64,000 nt of DNA from the IMG/VR virus record IMGVR_UViG_3300009155_000035. One strand, written 5' to 3'. Shown here piece by piece: positions 46,148-55,737 of this stretch. This stretch comes from a virus (lineage: Duplodnaviria > Caudoviricetes). Each line of letters opens with the position of its first letter. Positions within the stretch are counted from its first letter, which is position 1. The notes under the pieces were generated by a model. The model was not told the DNA's origin. It searched no databases and saw nothing but the letters and a program-made list of their open reading frames with translations. The translations under genes were made by a program, and so were the position numbers.

Positions 46148-47146
46148 ATGGCAAACACACCACCACCATATGAAAACATCACCGGCATAAGCCGTACAGT
46201 GATGAAAGACAATGCTCAAGAGACTTTGGCAAATTATGATGGCAATGCTAGACCAGGCGAACTTGTAGTAAATCTTGAAACAGATCCGCCGTTGTTATAT
46301 GTAGGTAACAACGTTGGTCAATTGACCCTGGTGGCATCAGCTGTTGCAACAACCTGGGCTACATTGGGCGATAAAAACAATGCCAGTGGTCCTAGTAAGA
46401 TAGCCCTGGGAACCAATGCTGGCATTGTTCAAGGTAACTTCTCAGTGGCCATTGGCTACGCGGCCGGCAACGCACAAGGCATAGATACAGTGGCCATTGG
46501 TACGCAGGCTGGAGCCGCGTCACAAGGCAATAATGCAGTGGCTGTTGGTGTGCGTTCTGCTGTAACCTCACAAGGTGTTGGCGCGGTAGCAGTTGGAAAT
46601 AATGCCGGATATAGCACCCAAGGTATAAATTCAGTAGCCGTTGGCAGTCGGGCTGGTGAAACCCTTCAGGGTGAAAATGCAGTGGCTATTGGTGCAATTG
46701 CTGGATTAACCAATCAAGGTATCAATGCAGTGGCCGTAGGCTATGGTGCCGGGGGACAAGGAAACAACACAATAGCCATTGGTACGCAGGCCGGATCCTC
46801 GTCACAAGGTACTCAATCAGTGGCTATTGGTCAAAATGCCGGCTTAACTTCACAAGGTACTCAAGCAGTGGCCATTGGAACAGGTGCAGCCGAAACAGGA
46901 CAAGGTAACTATTCAGTAGCTGTTGGCTACCTTGCTGGTCGCACCTCACAAGCCAACAATTCAATCATTATAAACGCTACAAACGCCAACTTGAATCAAA
47001 CCACTGCCAACACATTCACAGTGAAACCTGTGCGAGCAGTGACCAGTGTGACTTTTGCCGCACCCACTGCAGGCTCAATACCTGCAGGTTTTTCACCAGT
47101 ATACTACAATCCCACTACTGGTGAACTCATTGTGATCACACCTTAG
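46148..47146 (+). CDS. YadA-head-like beta-roll repeat fibre protein
   Basis: About 13 repeats of ~14 aa, QG..AVA(I/V)G..AG. Confidence 0.75.
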   Translation: MANTPPPYENITGISRTVMKDNAQETLANYDGNARPGELVVNLETDPPLLYVGNNVGQLTLVASAVATTWATLGDKNNASGPSKIALGTNAGIVQGNFSVAIGYAAGNAQGIDTVAIGTQAGAASQGNNAVAVGVRSAVTSQGVGAVAVGNNAGYSTQGINSVAVGSRAGETLQGENAVAIGAIAGLTNQGINAVAVGYGAGGQGNNTIAIGTQAGSSSQGTQSVAIGQNAGLTSQGTQAVAIGTGAAETGQGNYSVAVGYLAGRTSQANNSIIINATNANLNQTTANTFTVKPVRAVTSVTFAAPTAGSIPAGFSPVYYNPTTGELIVITP

Positions 47147-47156
47147 AAATACCCAT

Positions 47157-47594
47157 ATGAAAAAAATACTCTTACTCTTACTCATTGTACCATGCCTAGT
47201 TATGGCACAACCCAAACAAAAACCTGGTGTGACATATGATGCTGTGATTACCCGTGTAATTGACGGAGACACAGTGGGAATTCAAGCAACTTGGTTACCC
47301 GCACCACTCAAACCTGAACTCAGCATTAGAGTTTTTGGTGTCGATACTCCTGAAAAAGGATTCCGCGCTCAGTGCCCCAGTGAAGCTCAACGTGGGGAAG
47401 CAGCCACAGCATTTACCAAACAAGCAATTGCCAATGCACAACAGCGACAAATTGTGCTCATGGACTGGGACAAGTATGGCGGCCGTGTGTTAGGCGATGT
47501 GTTACTGAACGGCCAGAGCCTACGTGGCATGCTGATTGCCAACGGTTTTGCCCGTGAATACTACGGCGAAGCCAAAACTAGTTGGTGTAATTGA
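47157..47594 (+). CDS. Thermonuclease (SNase-like) with signal peptide
   Basis: MKKILLLLLIV signal, then VIDGDT, IR..GVDTPE, DKYGGR.LG, L..NG.AR.Y. Confidence 0.92.
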   Translation: MKKILLLLLIVPCLVMAQPKQKPGVTYDAVITRVIDGDTVGIQATWLPAPLKPELSIRVFGVDTPEKGFRAQCPSEAQRGEAATAFTKQAIANAQQRQIVLMDWDKYGGRVLGDVLLNGQSLRGMLIANGFAREYYGEAKTSWCN

Positions 47595-47627
47595 TAGACC
47601 CTGCCTGCGGGCACGAGTAAATATGGC

Positions 47628-49193
47628 ATGCCCGCAGTTACCGAAACAGCTTTAATTAAAAGTCCATACTCTTCAACAGTTTACACTTATGAACAAATTG
47701 AAGAGTTTGCCAAGTGCGCTGACCCCCTTGCTGGTCCAGAGTACTTCATGGACAACTTCTTCTATATTCAACACCCCACACGTGGTAGAATGTTATACCA
47801 CCCATTTGAATACCAAAAACGGCTGATATATACCTATCACAACTATCGTTTCAGCATCTCAATGATGCCTCGACAAACAGGTAAGTCAACATCGGCAGCC
47901 GGTTACTTACTATGGTACGCAATGTTTGTTCCAGACTCAACAATTTTAGTTGCCGCACACAAGTACACTGGATCCCAGGAAATTATGCAACGTATTCGGT
48001 ATGCCTACGAAAGCGTTCCAGATCACATCAGAGCTGGTGTAACCAGTTACAACAAAGGTAACTTGGACTTTGATAATGGCAGTCGTATTGTATCGGCCAC
48101 AACAACAGAAAATACCGGTCGTGGTATGTCTATCTCACTGTTATACGCTGACGAATTTGCGTTTGTGCGACCTACAATTGCATCCGAATTTTGGACTTCT
48201 ATTAGTCCTACTCTGGCAACTGGTGGTAAAGCTATTATTACATCAACTCCTAACAGTGACGAAGATCAATTTGCGCTGTTATGGAAAGGCGCTAACCGCT
48301 GTGAAGATGAATTTGGTAATCCCACCCAAGTTGGAGTAAACGGATTTAAAGCGTATAGAAGTTACTGGAACGAACATCCTGATCGTGATGACACCTGGGC
48401 CGCACAGCAAAGAGCCGCACTTGGTGTAGATCGATTCCGTCGAGAAATGGACTGTGAGTTCATTATTGCTGACGAAACACTTATTGCTCCAGCCAAGTTA
48501 TTTGACCTGCAAGGACAAGATCCTTTGTACAAAACTGGTGAAGTTCGTTGGTACAAGAAGCCCCAGCGAGATAGAATCTATGTTGTTGCATTGGATCCCA
48601 GTTTAGGTACTGGCGGTGATCCAGCAGCCATACAGGTATTTGAAGCAGATTCAACTGAACAAGTTGCCGAGTGGAGACACAACCGCAGTGACATCCCCAC
48701 ACAAGTTAGAACCCTGGCAGACATTGTTCGACACATCAACGACATAGTAAAAGACCCCAAAAGCATTTATTACAGTGTGGAAAACAACACCATTGGCGAA
48801 GCAGCCTTGATATCCATTGCTGAGTACGGGGAAAAGAACATACAGGGTTACTTTTTAAGCGAGCCAGGCAACAACGGCGGTCGTAGATACCGCAAAGGAT
48901 TTAATACAACAAACAAGCCCAAGCTAGCAGCCTGTGCAAAAATCAAGCATTTGATAGAATCTAACAAGATGAAAATCAACAGTGCTCCGCTGGTTGGTGA
49001 ATTAAAAAATTTTGTGGCAACTGGTGCAGGTTATGCCGCAAAACCAGGGGAAACAGACGACTTGGTGATGTCAACATTACTAATTGTGCGTATGATGCAA
49101 TTATTGCAAAGTTATCACCCAGATCTTGATGAACACATGCGTGATCACCAGGATAGTTTGATTGAACCTTTGCCATTTGTTATGACCATGTAA
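47628..49193 (+). CDS. Terminase large subunit (T4 gp17-like)
   Basis: Walker A PRQTGKST, Walker B YADEFAF, ITSTPN, nuclease D in LDPSLG.GGD, DDLVMS. Confidence 0.96.
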   Translation: MPAVTETALIKSPYSSTVYTYEQIEEFAKCADPLAGPEYFMDNFFYIQHPTRGRMLYHPFEYQKRLIYTYHNYRFSISMMPRQTGKSTSAAGYLLWYAMFVPDSTILVAAHKYTGSQEIMQRIRYAYESVPDHIRAGVTSYNKGNLDFDNGSRIVSATTTENTGRGMSISLLYADEFAFVRPTIASEFWTSISPTLATGGKAIITSTPNSDEDQFALLWKGANRCEDEFGNPTQVGVNGFKAYRSYWNEHPDRDDTWAAQQRAALGVDRFRREMDCEFIIADETLIAPAKLFDLQGQDPLYKTGEVRWYKKPQRDRIYVVALDPSLGTGGDPAAIQVFEADSTEQVAEWRHNRSDIPTQVRTLADIVRHINDIVKDPKSIYYSVENNTIGEAALISIAEYGEKNIQGYFLSEPGNNGGRRYRKGFNTTNKPKLAACAKIKHLIESNKMKINSAPLVGELKNFVATGAGYAAKPGETDDLVMSTLLIVRMMQLLQSYHPDLDEHMRDHQDSLIEPLPFVMTM

Positions 49194-49205
49194 TAAATAA
49201 GATAT

Positions 49206-50891
49206 ATGGAAAATAATCAATCACAAGCATTGTACGAGTTGTTGGTAACAAAGGATCTTGAGCCACAGCTACTTGACAAGTTCGGGAAGTCTGTAACTGA
49301 TCCCACTCAAGCTGAAATGTTTAGCTTTGACTGGAAAACTGAAAATAAAAACTATGGCACTGTCGTAATCCTAATTGGTGTTGACAACGACATACAAGTG
49401 TTCTATGGAGACAATGTGGGTCGAGCCATGGAAGGCGATGACAAACAAGATTGGTACAGTTTTTTACAACAACTAAAAAGCTTTGCAACACGCAACTTGT
49501 TGGGATTTGAACTAAACAACATCAGCAGACTCAAGTACACCATGCAAGGCATGGCAGCAATCAAAGAAGGTTTGTTTGAAGGCTACTATGGTAAAAAACG
49601 TACAAGCTACAGCACTGGCCCAAAAAATGCTAGATTAATGATCAAGCACAATCGTGATCTTGGCGAAGGCGAAGCTCGATTTAGAGCAGTTGAAAGCCTG
49701 TTTGTTGAAACTGAAGACGGCGAAAGATTCAAATTACCTTTTAAAAACTTAGTTGGTGGCCATGCCATGGTACGACATGTTTGCGAAGGTGGAACACCAT
49801 ATGATGCATTTGGACAACACATTTGTGAAATTATCAGTGAGATGAATACCTTGGCACGTTTTATACGTGCATCCAAAGGCAAAGAGTTTGTTGGTGAAAC
49901 ATCAAGTTTAGTTACAAACGCAGTTAGACATTATCACGATCTAAAAGCCAAGGCCAAACGAATGATCAGTCACCGAGGGTACCATGCCGAACTTGAAAGT
50001 TGGGACCCGGCTGCATTCAGCGACAGCGAATTTACCACAGAAGAAGTTCGAGACTTATTCATTGAGCGAAGCATTGATCATAGAATTGAAGAAGCTTTGC
50101 CAATTTTGGCCCGCTTGGCCGCAGACTACAAGGAAGAAAAAATGAAAGAAGCAAATGAATTTGAATCCTGGGCTAATCAGGTCATGGAAGGCACATGGGC
50201 ACTGCCAGACACCCCCGAAGCCGATGCCAAACTCAAAGAATTAATGAGCAAACCACTGATAGTAGGTGCTGATGCAACCAACGCCACAGAACAACTGTAC
50301 GACTTGGTTGGTGATGATGTATTGTTTGATCGACTAAACGATTTGGCAGATCAAGATCCTAATGCCAACTGCTGGGACGACCCAGCAGTTGTTGATCGAC
50401 TAGGCGAGCTTGGTGTTGACATTACCTCCATGACAGGTGCAGAATCAGACGATGAAGAAAATATTGACATTGATATAAACAAACATGGCATTGATCCCGA
50501 AGGCGACTACGGACAAGATGACGAAGAAGTTGATGAAAGCGCATTACAAGCATATTTGGGCAATAAGAAGTACGGTAAAGAAGGTATGGATGCACTACGC
50601 AAAGCAGGTCGTGAACACGTTGGCAAAGAGAAAATGGCACAACTGCGTGACAAATATGACAAGTCAGATGAAGTTGATGAAGGCATTTTGGATACTGCCA
50701 AGAAAGTTGGCAGCCGAGTATTTGACAAGCTAGGTGGCGGCAGTGACCAAAAACTGCTAGACAAACTACGCAAGGATGCAGGTCTACCACCAAGAATGGC
50801 TATACCAAACAAAAAGGACGCCAAAGATGTTGAGGAAGACCTTGATACCGATGGTGTTATGATGACTAAAGCTTCAAATATGAGCAGTTGA
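49206..50891 (+). CDS. Large acidic hypothetical protein
   Basis: 561 aa. TAAATA 6 nt before the ATG. Several x-x-E module boundaries. Confidence 0.65.
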   Translation: MENNQSQALYELLVTKDLEPQLLDKFGKSVTDPTQAEMFSFDWKTENKNYGTVVILIGVDNDIQVFYGDNVGRAMEGDDKQDWYSFLQQLKSFATRNLLGFELNNISRLKYTMQGMAAIKEGLFEGYYGKKRTSYSTGPKNARLMIKHNRDLGEGEARFRAVESLFVETEDGERFKLPFKNLVGGHAMVRHVCEGGTPYDAFGQHICEIISEMNTLARFIRASKGKEFVGETSSLVTNAVRHYHDLKAKAKRMISHRGYHAELESWDPAAFSDSEFTTEEVRDLFIERSIDHRIEEALPILARLAADYKEEKMKEANEFESWANQVMEGTWALPDTPEADAKLKELMSKPLIVGADATNATEQLYDLVGDDVLFDRLNDLADQDPNANCWDDPAVVDRLGELGVDITSMTGAESDDEENIDIDINKHGIDPEGDYGQDDEEVDESALQAYLGNKKYGKEGMDALRKAGREHVGKEKMAQLRDKYDKSDEVDEGILDTAKKVGSRVFDKLGGGSDQKLLDKLRKDAGLPPRMAIPNKKDAKDVEEDLDTDGVMMTKASNMSS

Positions 50892-50916
50892 CCATACCAA
50901 CAACTTCTGATAAAAC

Positions 50917-50943
50917 CAGGCAGATTTGTTCTGCCTTTTTCTT
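50917..50943 (+). terminator. Intrinsic terminator
   Basis: AGGCAG-atttgtt-CTGCCT-TTTTCTT. Confidence 0.7.
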
Positions 50944-50971
50944 TGACATACTAAATAAAAGCACGTATACT
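50943..50971 (+). promoter_or_regulatory. Sigma70 promoter with an embedded late promoter
   Basis: TTGACA (50943)-17 nt-TATACT (50966), with TAAATA at 50952-50957. Confidence 0.75.
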
Positions 50972-51041
50972 CAGTAGTGTGTACGTTAGTAAATTACACA
51001 TAGGCTTACATAGGCATTTAATTCTGAAAGGTAAAAACACT

Positions 51042-52046
51042 ATGGCATCATTAGCAGAAATCCGCGCAAGACTCGCAGCCGCAGAGTCAAACAAAGGCGG
51101 TCAGACAACAGGCGGCGACAACGCAATTTACCCCCACTGGAACATTGAAGAAGGCGCAAGCGCCACAGTACGCTTCTTACCGGATGGTAACAGCAAAAAC
51201 ACTTTTTTCTGGGTTGAACGAGCAATGATCAAGTTGCCGTTTGCTGGAATCAAAGGTGAAATGGAAAGTAAACAAGTACAAGTACAAGTTCCTTGTGTTG
51301 AGATGTGGGGCGAAGCTTGTCCAATTCTTGCAGAAGTGCGTACATGGTTCAAAGATAAGTCTTTGGAAGACATGGGCCGTAAGTACTGGAAGAAACGCAG
51401 TTACGTATTCCAGGGTTTTGTTCGAGAGAACCCACTTGGCGACGACAAAACACCAGAAAATCCAATTCGTCGATTCATTATCGGCCCACAAATTTTCCAA
51501 ACTATCAAGGGTGCTTTGATGGATCCTGAGTTGGAAGAATTGCCAACAGATTTGTTGCGTGGTTTGGACTTCCGCATCACTAAAACCAGCAAAGGTGGTT
51601 ATGCTGATTACAGTACCTCTAAATGGGCTCGTAAAGAGTCAGCACTAACACAAGAAGAACAAGCCGCAATTGAAAAGCATGGTTTGTTTAACTTGGCTGA
51701 ATTCTTGCCCAAGAAGCCAACTGACGTCGAGCTTCGAGTCATCAAAGAGATGTTTGAAGCAAGTGTAGACGGACAGCCATATGACACTGAACGTTGGGGA
51801 CAGTACTATCGTCCAGCAGGCGTACAGGCCCCAGGCGGCAGCAAGGCATCTGCAGATGAATCTGCATCTGCACCAAAAGCTACTCCAGTTGCCGCCAAGG
51901 CGGCAGAAGTTGACGACGAACCCCCTTTTGATGTAGACGAAGCTACTCCTACTCAACCAGTGCAGGTGCCCAAGACAACGTCTGCTTCAAGCGACAAGGC
52001 GCAAGATATCTTGGCAATGATTCGTTCTCGTCAGAACAAGTCGTGA
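51042..52046 (+). CDS. Single-stranded DNA-binding protein (T4 gp32-like)
   Basis: TVRFLP, FWVE, CP..A, KYWKK.SY, G.DF.I.K, YS.S.W motifs. Confidence 0.9.
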   Translation: MASLAEIRARLAAAESNKGGQTTGGDNAIYPHWNIEEGASATVRFLPDGNSKNTFFWVERAMIKLPFAGIKGEMESKQVQVQVPCVEMWGEACPILAEVRTWFKDKSLEDMGRKYWKKRSYVFQGFVRENPLGDDKTPENPIRRFIIGPQIFQTIKGALMDPELEELPTDLLRGLDFRITKTSKGGYADYSTSKWARKESALTQEEQAAIEKHGLFNLAEFLPKKPTDVELRVIKEMFEASVDGQPYDTERWGQYYRPAGVQAPGGSKASADESASAPKATPVAAKAAEVDDEPPFDVDEATPTQPVQVPKTTSASSDKAQDILAMIRSRQNKS

Positions 52047-52079
52047 CATTATTCCCCTCAAGGGAATAGCTCTGTAGTT

Positions 52080-52110
52080 GGGCCGGCTAGAATATGGTCG
52101 GCCCTTTTTT
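52080..52110 (+). terminator. Intrinsic terminator after gp32
   Basis: GGGCCGGC...GGTCGGCCC-TTTTTT. Confidence 0.75.
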
Positions 52111-52127
52111 ATGATTTAAATACACAC

Positions 52128-52940
52128 ATGAGAACGATCATCATATCTGGATCAAGTATAACCGAGGATAGTCCTTGGCCAACTTGGGCCACCTGGTCTA
52201 CTAAAATTTTTGATTGGCGCGATGTCGTCAATGTAAGTGTGCGTGGACTAGGAAACGAGGTAATAATATTGAAAGCATTACAGGCCGCCGAACAATCTCC
52301 AGGTAAAAAGTTTATTGTTGTACAACTCACATCGGTGGATAAGTGGGATTGGTATGTACAAAATTCTGATCGTGTGGCAGAGTTAGACAAAGAAAAACAT
52401 CCAATTGTTAGATTGAATTCTGGCGATGCGGCTGGATACTGGTCAACAGGGTCACACTTTCCAAAGTGGAAAGAGCATTACCGCAGCGAATATTTGAGCA
52501 TTGACCACCAATGTTTCCATACCCTACAGTTGATTAGTTGGTTCCAGTTAGTGTGTAAACAACGTGGATGGGATTACCATATTTTGTTTGACAGCCCAAT
52601 ATTTGCAGTCACTGAATCACAGTTAAACACTGGCATGCTTGATAAAAGCCAATGCGAGAGCTTGGCCTTGCTTGATAGTTCATTGAGTAAGCTTGCTCAA
52701 AGCACTGTTGATACTACAGATATGTACTTGCCCGGGCTTATTGGCTACTGCTGTTTGAATAACTTGCCTTGGTTCCACACCAAATACAAAGGACATCCGG
52801 GTAGTCTAGCACATTTAGAATTTACAATTAATCAAGTAGTACCAGTGATAGAAAAATACTTCAAAGTAATAGTGCCACCGGAACAGTTACGTACCGAAGC
52901 TGTCAAAATGCAATTGTTAGTCAATGAGCTACCTTACTAA
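52128..52940 (+). CDS. SGNH-like hydrolase-fold protein
   Basis: SGSSIT, GLGNE, V.QLT..D.WD, GHP. Paralogous to 32581. Confidence 0.5.
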   Translation: MRTIIISGSSITEDSPWPTWATWSTKIFDWRDVVNVSVRGLGNEVIILKALQAAEQSPGKKFIVVQLTSVDKWDWYVQNSDRVAELDKEKHPIVRLNSGDAAGYWSTGSHFPKWKEHYRSEYLSIDHQCFHTLQLISWFQLVCKQRGWDYHILFDSPIFAVTESQLNTGMLDKSQCESLALLDSSLSKLAQSTVDTTDMYLPGLIGYCCLNNLPWFHTKYKGHPGSLAHLEFTINQVVPVIEKYFKVIVPPEQLRTEAVKMQLLVNELPY

Positions 52941-53823
52941 AATCAACGACACACAGTACTGCCTATCAGATCATGCAGATGGATTTGATTCAAGCCTACG
53001 AAACGTATATCTGGATTCAATTACAGCACCGGCAACTGTTCAGACAGAATATATTCTAGATCAACGTGTCAAGGACAACTATCCTCATTTGACTTTTTCA
53101 ATCGACTACAAGATGAAAAAACAAATACTTGGAACACTCGGTGATTACAACATTCATCCAGATCTAGCATTTACTAATTTTTTGTGTAGCTTTAACAACA
53201 GCTATCATGTCAGCAGAGCACTATTAACAGGATTACTAAATTGTTACGGATGGTACAAGACAGATTATGTTAGTAAAAATTTTACAACCAGTGCCGCTAG
53301 TATAGATGGGCATGTGGCTGACTATGTTGGCAACAAATCAGGCTTTTACTGTAAGTTTTTTACAACTAGCGAGGAATTTCATAATACAACAAATCAGTTT
53401 GGTGAAGTTATTAAGTTTGCGCATGGAAAAAATATTCACAACATAGAACACAAATTAACCAACAGCTTTGTTCATCTAGTTAGTGAAACAAATAGCACAA
53501 GTTACTATCCTTTTGTGACTGAAAAATTTTTGTACAGTGTGGTGACCCGAGGATTGTTTGTGGCATACGCACAACCAAATTGGCATAAACATATTGAACA
53601 ATACTTTGGATTTAAACTTTACACAAAATTGTTTGATTACCAATTTGACAGTGTTACAAATCCAATAGATAGACTGTTGGAACTAGTTGCAATGTTATCA
53701 AAATTCAGTCACTTGTCTACTAGTGATTGGCATGACCTATACCAACTTGAATCTAATACCATAGAGTACAACATAGATAACTATCGCAGTAGAAGATATT
53801 TCAAAGGATTAGAAAATGTATAA
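52924..53823 (+). CDS. GT10-like putative glycosyltransferase
   Basis: LVSET......FVTEK, GF.LY...FDY..D resemble the GT10 C-terminal TEK motif. Confidence 0.45.
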   Translation: MSYLTKINDTQYCLSDHADGFDSSLRNVYLDSITAPATVQTEYILDQRVKDNYPHLTFSIDYKMKKQILGTLGDYNIHPDLAFTNFLCSFNNSYHVSRALLTGLLNCYGWYKTDYVSKNFTTSAASIDGHVADYVGNKSGFYCKFFTTSEEFHNTTNQFGEVIKFAHGKNIHNIEHKLTNSFVHLVSETNSTSYYPFVTEKFLYSVVTRGLFVAYAQPNWHKHIEQYFGFKLYTKLFDYQFDSVTNPIDRLLELVAMLSKFSHLSTSDWHDLYQLESNTIEYNIDNYRSRRYFKGLENV

Positions 53824-54940
53824 CGTATATCAGCACTGGGATCCACTCAAAGTTTGTGCAGTTGGTCGTAGCTACCCACCAGAATTTTATTCTTGGATCA
53901 CAGTACCCCATGTGCGAGAATTGTTTGAACGTATTGCAACTGAAACTGAAGAAGATTATCAAGCAATTATTAACAAGCTACAAGAATTTGGAGTTGAGAT
54001 TGTTAGACCCAATCTACCTAAAAATACTATCATAGACGGCAAACATGTTGTACCACCCATGTGCCCGCGTGATTTTATGATTATGATTGATAATCAATTT
54101 TGCTCCACTGTTCTGACTTGGGATGACTTTTATCAACAGGTAAGAGACCCAAGTTGGCCAGAACACGTGAACGATATAAGTGAATTGGAGATCTGGCAGC
54201 AACAAGAATGTAACAATCTACATAATTGGCAAAATGTCTATGATTCATGGATATATACCTGGAAACCAATAGTTGACAAAGTGCAGAGTCAAGGTAACGC
54301 TATTAAACATTTGTCAAAGTACAAGCACGTAAATGGTGCATGTGTAAGTCGTATAGGTCGAGACTTATACTTTGGTACTGAAAATTACAGTGACGACCCT
54401 AGTTATTATCAAAACATTGCTGACCAGGAATTCCCACATAAGCGAAACCACATTGTGAACACAGGTGGGCATTCTGATGGTACTTACTGTCCAGTCTGTC
54501 CAGGACTAATTATAAGTTTAGAAGATGTTCCTACTTATGCAAAAACATTCCCAGGATGGGAAGTGGTGTACTTGCCAGGGCAGAGTTGGGACAAAGTTCA
54601 ATCATTTTTAGCATTGAAATATAAAAATCGAGGCAAGTGGTGGATTCCTGGGTTTGAGACTGATCAATCAGTAATTGATGTTGTTGAAAATTGGCTGGGT
54701 CATTGGACTGGGTATGTTGAAGAAACAGTGTTTGATGTAAACATGTTAATCATAGACCCCAAAAATGTCATGGTATTTAACTACAACGAACAAGTGTTTA
54801 CAGCACTGGAACGATATGGAATCACTCCGCATATTGTACCTTTTAGGCACAGATATTTTTGGGATGGTGGTATTCACTGTGTTACCCTTGACCTGCATCG
54901 AGAAGGTGTTGAAAACAATTATTTTCCAGAACGTAAATGA
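53816..54940 (+). CDS. Amidinotransferase (pentein family, AGAT/StrB1-like)
   Basis: WDPL....VG, PRD, HSDG, N.L..D, GGIHC.T.DL.R with the Asp/His/Cys triad. Confidence 0.85.
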   Translation: MYNVYQHWDPLKVCAVGRSYPPEFYSWITVPHVRELFERIATETEEDYQAIINKLQEFGVEIVRPNLPKNTIIDGKHVVPPMCPRDFMIMIDNQFCSTVLTWDDFYQQVRDPSWPEHVNDISELEIWQQQECNNLHNWQNVYDSWIYTWKPIVDKVQSQGNAIKHLSKYKHVNGACVSRIGRDLYFGTENYSDDPSYYQNIADQEFPHKRNHIVNTGGHSDGTYCPVCPGLIISLEDVPTYAKTFPGWEVVYLPGQSWDKVQSFLALKYKNRGKWWIPGFETDQSVIDVVENWLGHWTGYVEETVFDVNMLIIDPKNVMVFNYNEQVFTALERYGITPHIVPFRHRYFWDGGIHCVTLDLHREGVENNYFPERK

Positions 54941-55728
54941 TTGACTTTAGTTCTACTAATCCAGTAGTAGTTTCTTACCCTGCATTTTCGGGCGGCAAAT
55001 TTATAGTAAATTGTTTGTCCTTGAGTCGACATTCTTGCCTTATGGATAATCGATCTGCTGTGCATGTGTTGAAAAATCCCGGTGATTATGAATTTAGACT
55101 ACAACAAGTGATGGCTACTTTACCTCTAAAAGAGGATTTACTAAACTGGCAACGATATGAGTTTGATGAAGTAAAGTTATACGGGAAACATTTTGAAACA
55201 CTACCAGTTCCAGAACAGCTAGCACCAATTGTAGAACAACTAAGCAAATCAAATCTAAAGTTTTATACAATTGATCATAACGGTCCTCCAAACATCAATA
55301 ATACTCTATCAATTTGGCCTAATGCCACAGTAGTTCGGCTCATAAATTGTAGACATTTTCAAAATATTTCTATACAATTAAAGTCAACCCGACACGATGC
55401 AACACAACTTTGTGGTAACTATTGTGAGGAAAAATATAATCAATTGTGCGGACCGAGTTGGCCTAGTTGGGAAGAGTTTGACCAAGTGGGACACGATGTT
55501 CGAAGAATACCTAATGTTGATGATACTGTGATAAGTGAGATAAATCAATACTATCCCTGGAACACAGTTTCAAACAACGTTGTACAATTTGATATGGACG
55601 CTTGTATTTTTGATGAAACAAAATTTCTTGAATCAATGCAACAACTGTATCAAACACTGGGACTCGATGACTTCAATCGAGAACTAGTTTTAAAATTTTA
55701 TCAGGCATACATAAACCTACATTATTAA
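54937..55728 (+). CDS. Hypothetical protein, possibly sulfotransferase/P-loop-like
   Basis: YP..SGGKF...CL N-terminus and a PSWP module. Confidence 0.45.
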   Translation: MIDFSSTNPVVVSYPAFSGGKFIVNCLSLSRHSCLMDNRSAVHVLKNPGDYEFRLQQVMATLPLKEDLLNWQRYEFDEVKLYGKHFETLPVPEQLAPIVEQLSKSNLKFYTIDHNGPPNINNTLSIWPNATVVRLINCRHFQNISIQLKSTRHDATQLCGNYCEEKYNQLCGPSWPSWEEFDQVGHDVRRIPNVDDTVISEINQYYPWNTVSNNVVQFDMDACIFDETKFLESMQQLYQTLGLDDFNRELVLKFYQAYINLHY

Positions 55729-55737
55729 GGACCTAAC

